Of a DNA stretch of 64,000 nt, positions 32,774-44,461 are shown in pieces. The position numbers and the translations under genes are program-made. Location: the NCBI GenBank assembly GCA_047495785.1, contig JBLDXI010000073.1:372001-436000 (forward strand), in the 5' to 3' direction. The notes under the pieces are model-generated. The model did no database searches. It saw only the letters and a list, made by a program, of their open reading frames with translations, and had not been told where the DNA came from. Position 1 is the stretch's first letter, and each line of letters begins with the position of its first letter. Source of the stretch: Lepidodermella squamata. Taxonomy: Eukaryota > Animalia > Gastrotricha.

Positions 32774-35182
32774 ATGGGCAGACTAGCAATTCTTCTGTTT
32801 AATTTACTTTGTGCTACTGCAGCTGACCCCACTGTTCTACGACTCCCACATTTCATGCCATTCACTGGGTTGGAACCAAATCGGTACCAGACGTGTAAAG
32901 CAATGTCGGAGCTAGTTATCGGCCTCGTCAACGAACGCAGCGATATTCTGCCCGGCTACATCATCGAGCCTCAGTTCATCGACGACAATAATGGACCGAT
33001 GTTAGTTCGCCGATTCCTCGAGTTCGAAAACCAGTTCAAGGACAACAAAATCGATGAGAATACCTTCAAAGCTCCTCTGATTGTCGGCCCTCAGAATAAC
33101 TGCGAATTGACTGCTACGTTCGTTCATTTGATTGGGTATACCCAAGTTTCGCAGTGTGCAAACGACATACTAACAAATCGAGCCCGTTACCCGAATCTGT
33201 ACCTGATCCGGCCGATAGGATCCCAGTCCTGGATAGCTCGGCTTCGTTTCATTTTCGATATCGGGAGATGGAAATATTTCGGAATAATTGCGAATGCGAT
33301 GCAAGACTTATTTGGGGCTAAAGTAATGCAAACGCTAGCGATTCGAAACGGGATTCGGGTTTACTTCAACGCTGTCTCAGATTTTGATGACGAAGCTGCT
33401 GTGGCGCTGAAAAAAGCTGACGTTCGCGTAATTGTCATATCGTCATCTGGGAACATGATTTACCAAGTATTGTGCCGTTGCTTCCAGCTAGGAATGACTG
33501 GTTCGAGGTACGTTTTCATCCTAGCCGGGAGCACATTCGCCGATCCAAGGACCTTACCGCCCGTGATCTATCCGGGCTGTACCAGGGAGATGGTTTTCAC
33601 TCAAAGCCTCTACTCATTCATGGTTACGTCTCAAATCGTAACAGACGAGCCTTTGGTCAAGTCAGAGTTGGGGTACAATATGGTGGAAATGGATAAAATG
33701 CTGGATTTATACACGAATAACTCACGGCTTCCTGACTACGGCAATCGATATCTATGCCATGACGTTACCCTTCAAAGCTTGATACTCCTGAGTAAGACTG
33801 AAGCCCGACTTCAGGAGATGAACCTTACCTTGCGAGACGTTTCAACCCGCCCATTCCTCATTGGGAAGGTCATGAATGAAACCGCATTGACGCTCAACTA
33901 TACTGGGCTTAGAAAAAGCGGCATGAGCTCTTACAGCCTTGAAAGGGGTGAAATGATGGGTAGCAAATGGCCTGTGCTTCGATGGAACCCTTCCGAAGGT
34001 CTGAAGACCATTTGGATGGTAGTTCAATCAGGCGGTAACGATACAAACAATGAATTGGCAATGTACTCGACCTATCAGGTTGCTCCGGCAAGATGGTTAA
34101 CGCAAAATGGGAGGCCACCTAGGGATTCAGCTCTAGTTATTCATGAAGACAAGGACATACCATTAGCTCTCAAGTTAGCCATCTTCGTGATATGCGGTGG
34201 ACTTTTGATTGGGAAAGCTGTTGCTATCAGTCTAACTTGGTTTAGAAAATCAGTGAACTCCTTTCGGAGAATGCCTTTGATCTCAACAATTCAGTTTATT
34301 GCTTTAAGCTTGGTCGATATTTCAGCAGTTTTGTTCGCGATTGAGTTGGATTTATGGAGGATGAACTCTCTTCAAATTGCAAGGGTGATCACGTTGTTAC
34401 TAGGCCTGAGCGTCTCAATTTTTTCCATGGTGTCTCGGGCTTTGTTCACAAGCTTCAAAGTTCAAGGGATCAAGCGAAGCCCATCCGAGGATCGTTTAAC
34501 CAAGCCGCAGAAAGGACTTAAAATGAGACGCTTGAAATCCAGTTCATCTTACGCAAAACGAGTTCCGACTTCTACTAGTGCTTACAAGCTGCCCTTGAGC
34601 CAATCTTTCCCAGCCCAGCTCGAACAAAGCAACGAAGAAATCTATATCAGGGCAATGGGTCCTGAGCAATTTTCGTCAGTTGTCGTGAAATGTCTGATAT
34701 CGATTGCGATTTCTTTGACTGTATCCGCAATTTATGGGTTATCCTGGGTCATATTCGACCCTACAAAGTGCGTGAGAAACGAACTGCAGCCCACGCCTCA
34801 TTACGATTTTGAAACTGATACTAACATCTTCACGTACGCTGTGAGTTGCGCGGCTGAAAAGCAAGACGTGTGGATGCTGGGTGTTCTTGCCCTCAATGTG
34901 ATCGCTCTAATTGTCGGATGCTACTACGCGATGGCTCTGAAACGTAATCACTTATTCATTCTTCACCACTGGGATTTCAACTATTTACTCTACGGCATGG
35001 TTAACAGTATCATCAGTTTGTTAGCAGCTTGTCTTGTTTTACTCGCCGTATCGAAGAGTCCTATTACACTGAGAATCGTGTTGTCGGTATCAGCAATTTG
35101 GGTCTCGGCTACATCGTCTATTATTTGTTACTTGCCATTCAAAAAAGCTGCTAACCAATTCGACGAACCCATGATATTATGA
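32774..35182 (+). CDS. GABA-B-like class C GPCR copy 5 (subfamily B), intronless
   Basis: Signal peptide, flytrap domain and 7TM; closest to copy 6. Confidence 0.92.
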   Translation: MGRLAILLFNLLCATAADPTVLRLPHFMPFTGLEPNRYQTCKAMSELVIGLVNERSDILPGYIIEPQFIDDNNGPMLVRRFLEFENQFKDNKIDENTFKAPLIVGPQNNCELTATFVHLIGYTQVSQCANDILTNRARYPNLYLIRPIGSQSWIARLRFIFDIGRWKYFGIIANAMQDLFGAKVMQTLAIRNGIRVYFNAVSDFDDEAAVALKKADVRVIVISSSGNMIYQVLCRCFQLGMTGSRYVFILAGSTFADPRTLPPVIYPGCTREMVFTQSLYSFMVTSQIVTDEPLVKSELGYNMVEMDKMLDLYTNNSRLPDYGNRYLCHDVTLQSLILLSKTEARLQEMNLTLRDVSTRPFLIGKVMNETALTLNYTGLRKSGMSSYSLERGEMMGSKWPVLRWNPSEGLKTIWMVVQSGGNDTNNELAMYSTYQVAPARWLTQNGRPPRDSALVIHEDKDIPLALKLAIFVICGGLLIGKAVAISLTWFRKSVNSFRRMPLISTIQFIALSLVDISAVLFAIELDLWRMNSLQIARVITLLLGLSVSIFSMVSRALFTSFKVQGIKRSPSEDRLTKPQKGLKMRRLKSSSSYAKRVPTSTSAYKLPLSQSFPAQLEQSNEEIYIRAMGPEQFSSVVVKCLISIAISLTVSAIYGLSWVIFDPTKCVRNELQPTPHYDFETDTNIFTYAVSCAAEKQDVWMLGVLALNVIALIVGCYYAMALKRNHLFILHHWDFNYLLYGMVNSIISLLAACLVLLAVSKSPITLRIVLSVSAIWVSATSSIICYLPFKKAANQFDEPMIL

Positions 35183-35439
35183 AACTACTTAACATTCACT
35201 CTGTTTTACAATAAAATTAATTTTATTTATGTAAATCGAGAATTTTTTATCTAATTTCTGAGGATTTCTAGGAAGCCGACATTTGGCCAATTTCGAGAGG
35301 TTATAAGCCAAGAAATTTTTGTCTGGTGAATCATTGTGGAAATACAACCTCTCGAGAAGTAAAATGTTACCGTCAGCAGTGAGCGTTAAGTGACAATTGA
35401 GGTTTCGCGAAATTTTAAACATCGTGAGATTTTGATGCT

Positions 35440-35795
35440 GTTGGGGCCCGAGTCCGAATTCAGCCCGTACGCGATCCGACCGGCCCGTACGCGGACGGGT
35501 AGCATCGACTTGCCGCTCCACGGTCCGGCCGCTTTAAAACATGCCCGTGTACGGTGTTTACTGTAAATTTAACAAATTCGAATGAATCACGCTTCACCGC
35601 ACACGGGCCGGCCAAGGTGTTGGCCCGAGCACGGCGGAGAACAATAAGAACCACTGCTTTTGTTCAAAGGCGCACACGGGCCGCCGGGCTCGGCCCTCTG
35701 GAATCTGGCCGCCGGGCTTGGATAGCCGGGCTTGGGTCATTCTACAACCAACGCCCTACCCGGCAGTTTTACCAAGTCCCAGCCCGAGCCCGGAG
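35440..35795. repeat. GC-rich island of GGCCCG/CGGGCC sub-repeats, probable MITE remnant
   Basis: Dense gcccg/cgggc motifs in both orientations within an AT-rich context; ends not defined. Confidence 0.4.
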
Positions 35796-35960
35796 GTTTT
35801 CAAAGACGAAATTCGGTATTTATGACAAAAGTTGCTAAATAATGGCCGGATATTTTTAAATACTTTATTCCTCTTATTCATGCCCTTTCTGATCTCTGAT
35901 CGGCTCCAACACTTGTATCACTCAGCTAATGAATCATGAAGCACTACTTCGCGAAGGTTA

Positions 35961-37111
35961 TCATCCTTGAGTACGCTCGCACAGGCCGGCCATAGTGGTA
36001 TCAGCGCAAGAAGCTCGTTGAAGCGAACCAGAAGATAGCACCACGCCTGGAAAAATTAATTGATCAGTTCATCAAATGAAATCTAGGTTTCATTCCTAAC
36101 AGTGTATCTTGTCGTCTGGCTCGCCATTCAAACTGAACAACGTGCTGTTGAAGGAACTGCCTGTGATCCAAGAATAAGAGACCAAGTCTCTCCGTTTCCC
36201 ACCGATGATTCTTTGACTTGGCGCTGGAACCAGCAACAAAGCAGCATCAAATGCCGCTTGATCCTTAATTGTAGCCAAAGTTTTATTGATGCCGACACAG
36301 TATCCGGCCACAATCTCAATAGAGTTAGCGTATAATGTTAGCTCAAAGGTAGTAGGACTCTTTAAAAAAGTAACAACAGTTCTTTGAGGTTGTTTATAAT
36401 AAGGCATTGCACTTACATTGCCGCAAATGCCATAAGTTGCCCAATCGCATGGAACGTCGATGAAGCCGGCTTGTATGACATGAAACAGCAACATACCTGT
36501 CATCATAATTCAAAAATTAATTCAAGAAAAACATCAAGTGGACCACGTAATAATGTGAGTTTGCTCCAACACGGGCGCTCCAAATTTTAGCCAGTTTTGA
36601 CAAGGAAACCCAATAAATGAAAAAAACTCACATGAGCCGGAGTTTCCCGGCGCACCGTACTGGCCAGTTAGCCAGAAAGGGGAATCGATCGCAATGAGAG
36701 ACCCATCTTCCCACGTGAAGTCGGCGACCAAGCCGATGAATGCAGATGAGTTAGCAACGACTTGGTTGGCCGCCGTCAAATCATCCAGCGATGAGAAAGT
36801 TGCCAAACGGGAGCCTGGTACCGCCTTACAGGCGTCGAGTTGCGAACGGAAGTGGCCAGCAGCTAGAGGGGAGATGAAATATGACGTCGAGGTAGCAGCT
36901 GGTTTCAGGTCATTCAAACACGCGGCGTAGTTGTCAGCAAATTTAGTCGAGTTCGAATATATGTTCAGCTGTATTTGTCAGCAATCCTATCATTGCAGTT
37001 TATTAAAGAAGCTCATTCGGAAGCTCACCCGAGTCGATCCGTTCGGGCAGATGTTGTAACATTTCTTGCCGTTCGGTGTATCGCATTGAGCAGCATACTG
37101 GGGAATATATT
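35961..37111 (-). CDS. Cys-rich segment plus two C-type lectin domains (multi-exon; possibly the 3' part of the gene starting at 38742)
   Basis: CTL1: C..RLATF..FIGL..F.WEDGS..W..G.P..C / DVPC..GIC. CTL2: YC..LATI..IGGKR..YSW.TG..GEPD..C / C..GLCE*. GT-AG introns. Confidence 0.78.
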
Positions 37112-37500
37112 CTGAATTTCAGCGTATGAAATATGATCCTCGAGCTGGTTAATACATTTGGGCACTATCGGCCCCGAGTTTGTTGGACTAAAGGCTGAAG
37201 GGCCCCATGTGATTTCTTGTCTCGAAGTTCAAGTTCGATGTGGGCATCAAACACGTATGATACCGACATCTTCCCTTAATAACCCTGAAAAATAGCTTGC
37301 CAATCCCCTGCCAAGAAAAACACATGTCGATTTCTTCACAACTTTGTAGCTGGGGCGATTTTTCGGCAGGATTTCGAACTATCGCTAGTGAACAATCTGA
37401 CCCTTATTCAATTCTTTACGCCGATTCGAGACTTGGTACGTTTTTCGATGGTAAAGCACCGCACGAGTGTTAAAGGTTTTTATATTAGACGGTCTAAGGT

Positions 37501-38742
37501 CTAAATAATGATTACCCATGACAAGCAATTGGCTTTGTTTCGATAGGTGCCAGTAGAGAACTCTTCGGTTTCATTGGCCATGCAACGCGAGGTGCTCAAT
37601 CGGCAAGCGGTGAATTCCCGAGTGACGGCATTGAAGCAGCGGATGTGAGGCTTTATAGAATCAGCGACGTCGCCTATGAAAAAAAATATTCGTTTTTTTT
37701 GCTGATATTTTATTTTCAAATTAAAGCTAATATCTATTCTAATCTAATATTAAATCTGATATCTAAAATTAAATTTCCAGGGAAAAAACTCAATAGCTAA
37801 CTCACTGCTGGCACTCCGAAGACAGGCGTCCAAGTTCGAAAATCCCTTGGCATTTTTAGCCTAGCATTTGATATAAAATGTTATAAGAAATTAAATATAT
37901 CATGGATTACCCCTCTAGGGCAAGCGAAGTCGCTGGGAACGCAAGTGAAAAACTGTTGATCGATGCATGAGTCAAACTTTTGATTCTGTAAATCATAGTG
38001 ATATATTGCAATTAATTAAGAAGAAAAATTCAAACCGGGAAGGATTTGAAATCGCTGACGCATGGGGCCAGATTTGTTCTGAATGGATAAGCACCGTTGT
38101 ATGACCCACCAACCTTGAAACAATTGAAATCGAATATTCTTAGTAGAATCAGTAATTGGTAGGAAACATGAACATTAAATGAACATATTTTTATCATGGA
38201 ATTATGGAATTTTATCCAGGATTCAAACTCCTGCTATTGAAAGATTTACAATTTTAGCAATTTTTGTTTCAAAATTATGGGAATTTGCTAACATTGTCTG
38301 ATTTTGAGAGCATCGTGCCTCGCGAATAATCGAGTCAGAAATTTCTTACCATTATTTCATCGGTTTTTCTGCATCCAGGTGAGCCAGGTCGGCAAGATGC
38401 GGCGAAATTTGCGAATCTGTAGCACAATCTCGCAGTCTGCAATTATCGGAATTTTCTTTGAAAATGTCTAAATCTGAAAAATAGTTTTTACCGCACGTAG
38501 GCACGTAAATTTGTCTGGAACATTGTCACCGAGCTGCCGAAAAAATTAATGAGAAATAGTGAACATTTGAAAATAAAATAGCGTCTCACCTGGTATTCGC
38601 GCAATTGATAACAGCCGTTTGGATTTTCGCGACACTCCGTGAATGCATCGTCGAATTGCGAGAAACAACGCGCCCACTCGCCGCATCGCACTTCGTTAAA
38701 GAAAGCGAGCATCGCGATGATTAATGGCAGTAGTAATTTCAT
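37501..38742 (-). CDS. Secreted cysteine-rich repeat protein, six phase-consistent exons
   Basis: Signal MKLLLPLIIAMLAFFNEVRC. Exons ~38742-38590, 38436-38350, 38113-38036, 37985-37911, 37860-37806 and 37673-37501 splice in phases 0,0,0,0,1. Confidence 0.75.
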
Positions 38743-38894
38743 TGTGTGATTGTGTGATTGGAATGGCTGGATAGCTGCTGCTTTCAAGCGATATTTATCG
38801 AATAACGTTAATAATCTTAAACAAATTCATCTTTATACTTTACACATATGTGAATGAACGAAGAGTGTTTAAGAATCAACACAAAATAAACTCT

Positions 38895-39250
38895 TCATAT
38901 CGGCGCAAGAATCTCTTTGGAGCGAACCAGATGAAAGAACCGCGCATGGAAAATTAATTGAGATCAGCGCAAGACAGCGTTTCTTCCCTAGCAGTGATTT
39001 TCGAATGTTGGCTCGCCATTTAAAGCGAAGAACGCGCTGTTAAAGGGATCGCCTGTTATCCAAGAGTATGAGACCAAGTCCCTCCGTTTCCCACAGATGT
39101 AGTATTGATAATATACGGATCCATCAACTGCTTAGCAGCTCCGAATTTCGCTTGATCCTTGATTGTAGCGAAGGTTTTTGAGATGCTAACGCAGTAAGCT
39201 GCACGTTGGTCCCTAGTATCAGTCATTGATGTGACTTCAAGGCTATAAAT
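38895..39250 (-). pseudogene. Frameshifted copy of the second C-type lectin domain of the 35961-37111 locus
   Basis: YCVSISKTFATIKDQAKF matches YCVGINKTLATIKDQAAF; GKRRDLVSYSWITG is in a shifted frame; a last-exon homolog is present. Confidence 0.8.
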
Positions 39251-39354
39251 GTTGAAATAAATGTTCGGCTGTGATTTTACCATCTTATCATTAAAGATCA
39301 GTCATGTAACATTTCTTGCCTTTTGACTTCTGATTATTTGTATTAAGCTATTTA

Positions 39355-39782
39355 CAGTGTAGAAAGTAGGGGGCGGGGATGGTGGGGATGATCCTGGTCT
39401 CAGAATAGGCGCGCACCCGGGATGGCACCCATCTCGAGAGCTGATTGGTCCATTTTAGGTATTTATGATGGTTGAGCGCGCGTATTGGCTGCCGCGCGCA
39501 CTCAATAATGTGCGCGAACGCTCAATGGTCAACGCGCGCTTCGCTCGCTTAGCGATGAATAACATTATATGAATAACATTAGAGCCCGAATTGAGCTAAA
39601 AAAAATCAGGGAAATATAAATGGGAAAATTTCGAAAGCAAGAAAAGACGACGAATGACGAACAAGTACAAATGAAGAAGTAAATTTGAAGATACATGCGA
39701 GCGAACGCGAAGCCTTCGCGAGCGCAATTTTTCTGGAAGTAAAACCAAATCCCCCTCGGCAAAAATCCTACTTTCTACGCTG
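39355..39782. mobile_element. hAT-like MITE
   Basis: TIR CAG(T/C)GTAGAAAGTAGG; 8-bp TSD GCTATTTA/GTTATTTA (7/8 match). Confidence 0.85.
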
Positions 39783-41429
39783 GTTATTTACGGAGCCGAT
39801 ATTCCACGAGAATTGTAAAAAGAAGATGGAAAACTAGCCAGATTACAACTTCAAGGTGCTTTAAAACATTCGCCCTTTTTGTTAACTTAGTTTCGAATTC
39901 TATCAATTTTTTAACCGAAAGGTAGAAATAAACGCATTACGTTTTATAAACAAGATTTTTTCGAAGAAACATGTATTAAAGTGTAATAAAGGAATATTGT
40001 AGCGGATTTTATTTCGAAATAAGGCTTACTCCGATCGATGACTCCGATCGAAATCATATCGAAGGCACATCCAGGGTCACGTTTTGGCCAAAAATATGAA
40101 TGTTATGAATTTTTGTAACTTCTAATGAAAAAAAACAAGTTGCTCTGCGTGGAATTCGATCGGACACCGGCAAAAAAGTTTCAAATGAAATAAAGATTTA
40201 TATTGGGATATATAGAAAAGGTCGATTCAAGTCGTAGGCTTGCCCTAAGGAATTTAAACAACGTATCCTCATTACGAATGTCAAACAGTTGGCCTTGTTG
40301 CGATAGACACCAGATGAAAACTCGACGATACAACGCGAGCAGGGTGCGAAGTACAGGGGTGCTCTGGGATGAATCATAAGTGCGTAGCTACGTTTTTTCT
40401 AAGTTGCCAAGGAGACGTTGTTTTTAGTGGGTAGCCACATCTCAAACCAAGCCCGAGATCACTTTTTAAGGATCCGCATTTTTTTCTTAAAAGCAGCTGT
40501 TGCCAGTAATGAATTGAAATGATCGTTGGTCCACTAGGGTCATTTAGAATTTGGATCATGTTTCGGATCAATGGCCTTTGGCCTTTTGGAGCGATTATGG
40601 TAAATAGGTTGCTATTCTCATGATTATTAATACCGAAATAATTTTTTGGATCGGGCTGGTAGTTACTATCATGACAAAATTTAAAGCAAGATGAATGCTC
40701 GAATAAATTCGAGATTTCTGGAATCTGTGCCACGCCAATTATTTCAACAGCAGCAAATATCTAAGCATTTGTGATAATGAACTATTTCTCAATAGCTGAT
40801 TTTAGCCGCATTTTAGCGGGATGAGCCAGCTAGGTAAAGTTCAAATTTCACTTCTATCAACGAGCTTTTCTGTTGAAATGCTTGTTAAAACGAATTCAAG
40901 AATATAAGGGCTGAATAATCAATTTTATCTTCACGCTGAACAGCATCGTGAAGCACTCTAATTTGCACTCTAAGTCATTAAATCATCCACTATCCACCGT
41001 TCCATCAATGAGATTGTAGTAGTTGTGAATGAAAAAAATCACGAATAAGTCAGACGCGTGCACACTATCAATCGCTCTCTCAATGATCTTGAGATAAAAA
41101 ACGTTGATCTGTAGAGATCGAGAGATCACGTCGCCTAAAATTGCCGGGTTAATAATTAGGCATTCCCACTAAATTAGGCTGGCATTTATCAATGGGATAA
41201 TCTTCCTTATTAGAGAGCGAAAATTCGAATAGCAAAAAATAAGCTGTTGAAGTTCCCCGCGTTGATCCAAGCTCAACCGGCACCGCCCTTCCATTGCTAA
41301 AAAAGCTGCGGCTCAGCCAGTGTTGCTAATGAAGCTATTTTCTTGAACTTTAATAAATTTAATTTTGTAAATATTTTTTCTTCCACTAATAAAAATTATT
41401 TATTTACCAATTTTGAGGGGGCTGTAAAA

Positions 41430-41760
41430 GTGTGGCAGATAACGAGGGACTTGCACATAGCCAGGGTGCACTTAGCGAGGGAGCACTGTAGCTGTAGTAA
41501 GGCTGAATCGAAAAATCAACAGCGAAAGTCCTACCGCCGTTAAGCAACTGCTATTATCGGTGAAGTTGCTTCCACCCTGAACAAAGACATTAAAAATCGG
41601 CTATAAATTTAACTATAAATTTAACAGACTTGGTACTAGCTCGATTGCTGGAAGCCGGTTGGCATTCGTGGTAAACAGTGAATGAGTCATCGAATTGCGA
41701 GAAGCACCGAGCCCAATCGCCACAAAGCCAACAATAATTATCGCTAATACTTGTCGCATT
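41430..41760 (-). pseudogene. Decayed paralog of the secreted Cys-rich gene (exon 1 region)
   Basis: MRQVLAIIIVG followed, after a frameshift, by CGDWARCFSQFDDSFT (vs CGEWARCFSQFDDAFT). Confidence 0.75.
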
Positions 41761-42939
41761 TCAAGTAATGGAGAAATATCGATATTATCGGGTTACTAAA
41801 CGCTCGGGAATTTAGAATGAATGTTGAAGTAATTTAAAAAATTCAAAAGTGAGGTGAAAATATTTCCATCGCGCAGAAAAAACTGCTCTCACGTGGAACA
41901 GATGGCGCCGTAAGAAGTCGCGAGCTTGAAAAGTAGCTGGTTTTCTCGCTTGTATTTTTTAACACGCTTTTCAAAACTGAAAAGCAACCCCGTCTGGCTC
42001 GTGCTATTTTCCTGTGTTGGTTGCGCTCATAGACAACTCTATACAGATCGAAAACTAGCGATCTTCCTATAGTAAATATAAAAACAAAATTCACACCAAA
42101 AGTAGGCACGCGACCATTTTTATTCACTCCTCGCCCTATCTGCTTATTGTAATTTTTTCCGATTTTCAATTATTCTCTAAAAATCCTAGAGAAAATCTTT
42201 CATTACCCACGAATTCCAATTTTTTTTCCGTAATACTAGCGCCGCTCCTCTATCGAATGAGTCCCGTCTCATGAGACAGTTTTTTTTAATTTTTTTGAAA
42301 TTGCCGTAAAGTTGGTCTTCTTTACGAAAAACCGCCATTACGAAAGAATTACGAGTCTTTCAGGCCGATAAAAAAATTTATTTTACGCCGAAAAATTCCG
42401 AAGAAAATACTATTATCTTATTTGCTCTTATCTAACAATATAAAACTCGAGCAAATCTTTCGATAGGGTAAAATTTTATTGGGGAAAAATTGCCTACTTT
42501 CATTTATCACGGGCTTTTCATCCTATCGACTCGTACTATATGCTACCACCAATTTAATGAGATTTTTGCTTTTTTTAAAAACCACACATAAAAACAACTT
42601 TTTATAAGCAATAGTGAGCGGCGGATTAGCTTATTAGTTAAGCTTCGCCAATGCTGATCGAAAAGTCGCTGGTTTAAACCTCATGATATACTGATAGGCA
42701 AGAGCCTATTGATCAGCAGAGCAGCTTGATTCGACAGCAGAATATTATAACCCTACGATTCGAATATTTTCAAATATGACAGCGACTGCTAATTTTGAAG
42801 GCATGAAGCACAGGATCTTGAAAAGAATTCTAATAACTGATTGAGGCGGCAAATATTGAAGGTTTTTATATTACAAGGGCGCGTGGAAAAAATGTGTGAA
42901 TGAACGTAGTGAGATAAATAATAACTCGATGTGTAACCG

Positions 42940-43400
42940 CTAAATAGATTCAGAGGTCTCAGAATTTTCCTTGTAAATAGGGGGTTAAGGCAAGGCTGCC
43001 CGCTGTCCCCTCTACTTTTCATTGCCACCTTAAATAAAATCTGCGAAACATTAGCCTACGAAAAACTGGGATTTCCTATTAACGACACTGATTTTCTAAA
43101 CTTGTTAGCATTTGCCGATGATGGAACACTACTAGGCATGAACCATGACGAAATCAAACGCCTTCTTGAAATCTTGAAATCTCTCTATGGTACCTACCAT
43201 CATTTACGCCTGCGAATCATGGAACATTTCTCTTAATGTTATAGAACTTAATTAGAATTTCGATGGCTTCGTTCTATTTTGGGAATTCATTCAATTGACT
43301 ATCAGACTTGCACTTTGCGGGAGCTTGATATCTTTGAAGTCAGCCGTATTATTGAAAAACAGCGAATGAGGTATTTAGTATACGTACATAATTAGATCGC
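42940..43400 (+). mobile_element. Non-LTR retrotransposon (LINE) reverse transcriptase remnant
   Basis: GLRQGCPLSPLLF ... NLLAFADD read in one frame from ~42982. Confidence 0.88.
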
Positions 43401-43564
43401 GTGAATATGACGAAAACGGTCCTTTACATAGAATATAATATACTTGGCCCCCTTAATCGGATGGTTTGCCCCAAGACCCCGAAGACCCTGAACCAGGTGG
43501 ATAGACTGTACCAAAAGAAGTCTACACAAGGCTTGCATTGTTAAGTAGGTTCACTGAAGAATTC

Positions 43565-43690
43565 GGATTGATATCATAACTGTAGCAGCCGCTCGTTTCG
43601 TCTCGCCTGAATCAGCAAGCCCCAGCCACATTTCGCTGGTAACGCGTCGCCACATGCCAGACTCGAAAGATTCCGAGAAGAACATGCTAG
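43565..43690 (-). pseudogene. ~110-120-bp duplicated fragment of the neighbouring ion-channel gene
   Basis: GTAGCAGCCGCTCGTTTCGTCTCGCCTGAATCAGC...GAGAAGAACATGCT also occurs at ~44958-45064. Confidence 0.85.
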
Positions 43691-43754
43691 TAATGTCATG
43701 TTTAGTAACAGAAGGAATTCCGAGAGTTCTGATTTTTTTAAATCAGCAGTAAAT

Positions 43755-43860
43755 CAAGTGGGCTAAATTTAAATCAAATCAAATCATCCTGAAATTTTCT
43801 AAATCAAATCATTGGTAAATCAAATCATCAAAAAATGGCCTAAATCAAATCAAATCAAAG
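43755..43860. repeat. (AAATC)n-rich repeat end; inverse-orientation relative at ~53004-53165
   Basis: AAATCAAATC runs here; TTTGATTTGATTTG at 53004. Confidence 0.6.
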
Positions 43861-44461
43861 TCTCTGTCCTAGATGTCTGAAATTCGAAAATTCGAAACCC
43901 TCAAAAGCTACTGAGGAAGAAAATCTTGATTTCCAAGAGTCATCCTTTATCTTCAAGTCAACACCCATGTTGGGAAATCCAGAAAAAACCCACTTTTCAC
44001 TCACTTACCTCATTGTTGGATTAACGATGAAAGCCGATAAGTTTTGCGGGTTTTCCTTTTCTGTTGTAGCTGAGGGGACAGCTGCAATGTTTTGCAGTTC
44101 ATGAGCAACAAATAACAGTGATTTGCGGAGAACGGCGAAGAATACGTGAGATTTGCATGAAACAGTATCTAGATAAGGCTTGTGATTGCAAGGAGCGCGT
44201 TCCCTTCTCAATATCAGCCGGACAAGTGATGTGGGTCATTCCACCACAACTGTGAGTAAGTATAGCGTATAGCTCCAATTCCCGGCTGGACGTAGCACTT
44301 GGCCTTCAAAGACCAACTTGCGATATATTTATTTTTACTAGATAAAAAAGTCACGGAGATGATAATTTTTAAATCTCTACGGCTATATCATATAAGGCCC
44401 ATAGATAGTACGAACAATTAAGTAATTTCAGCGTAACACTTCAGTTTGTTATAAATTGTCG

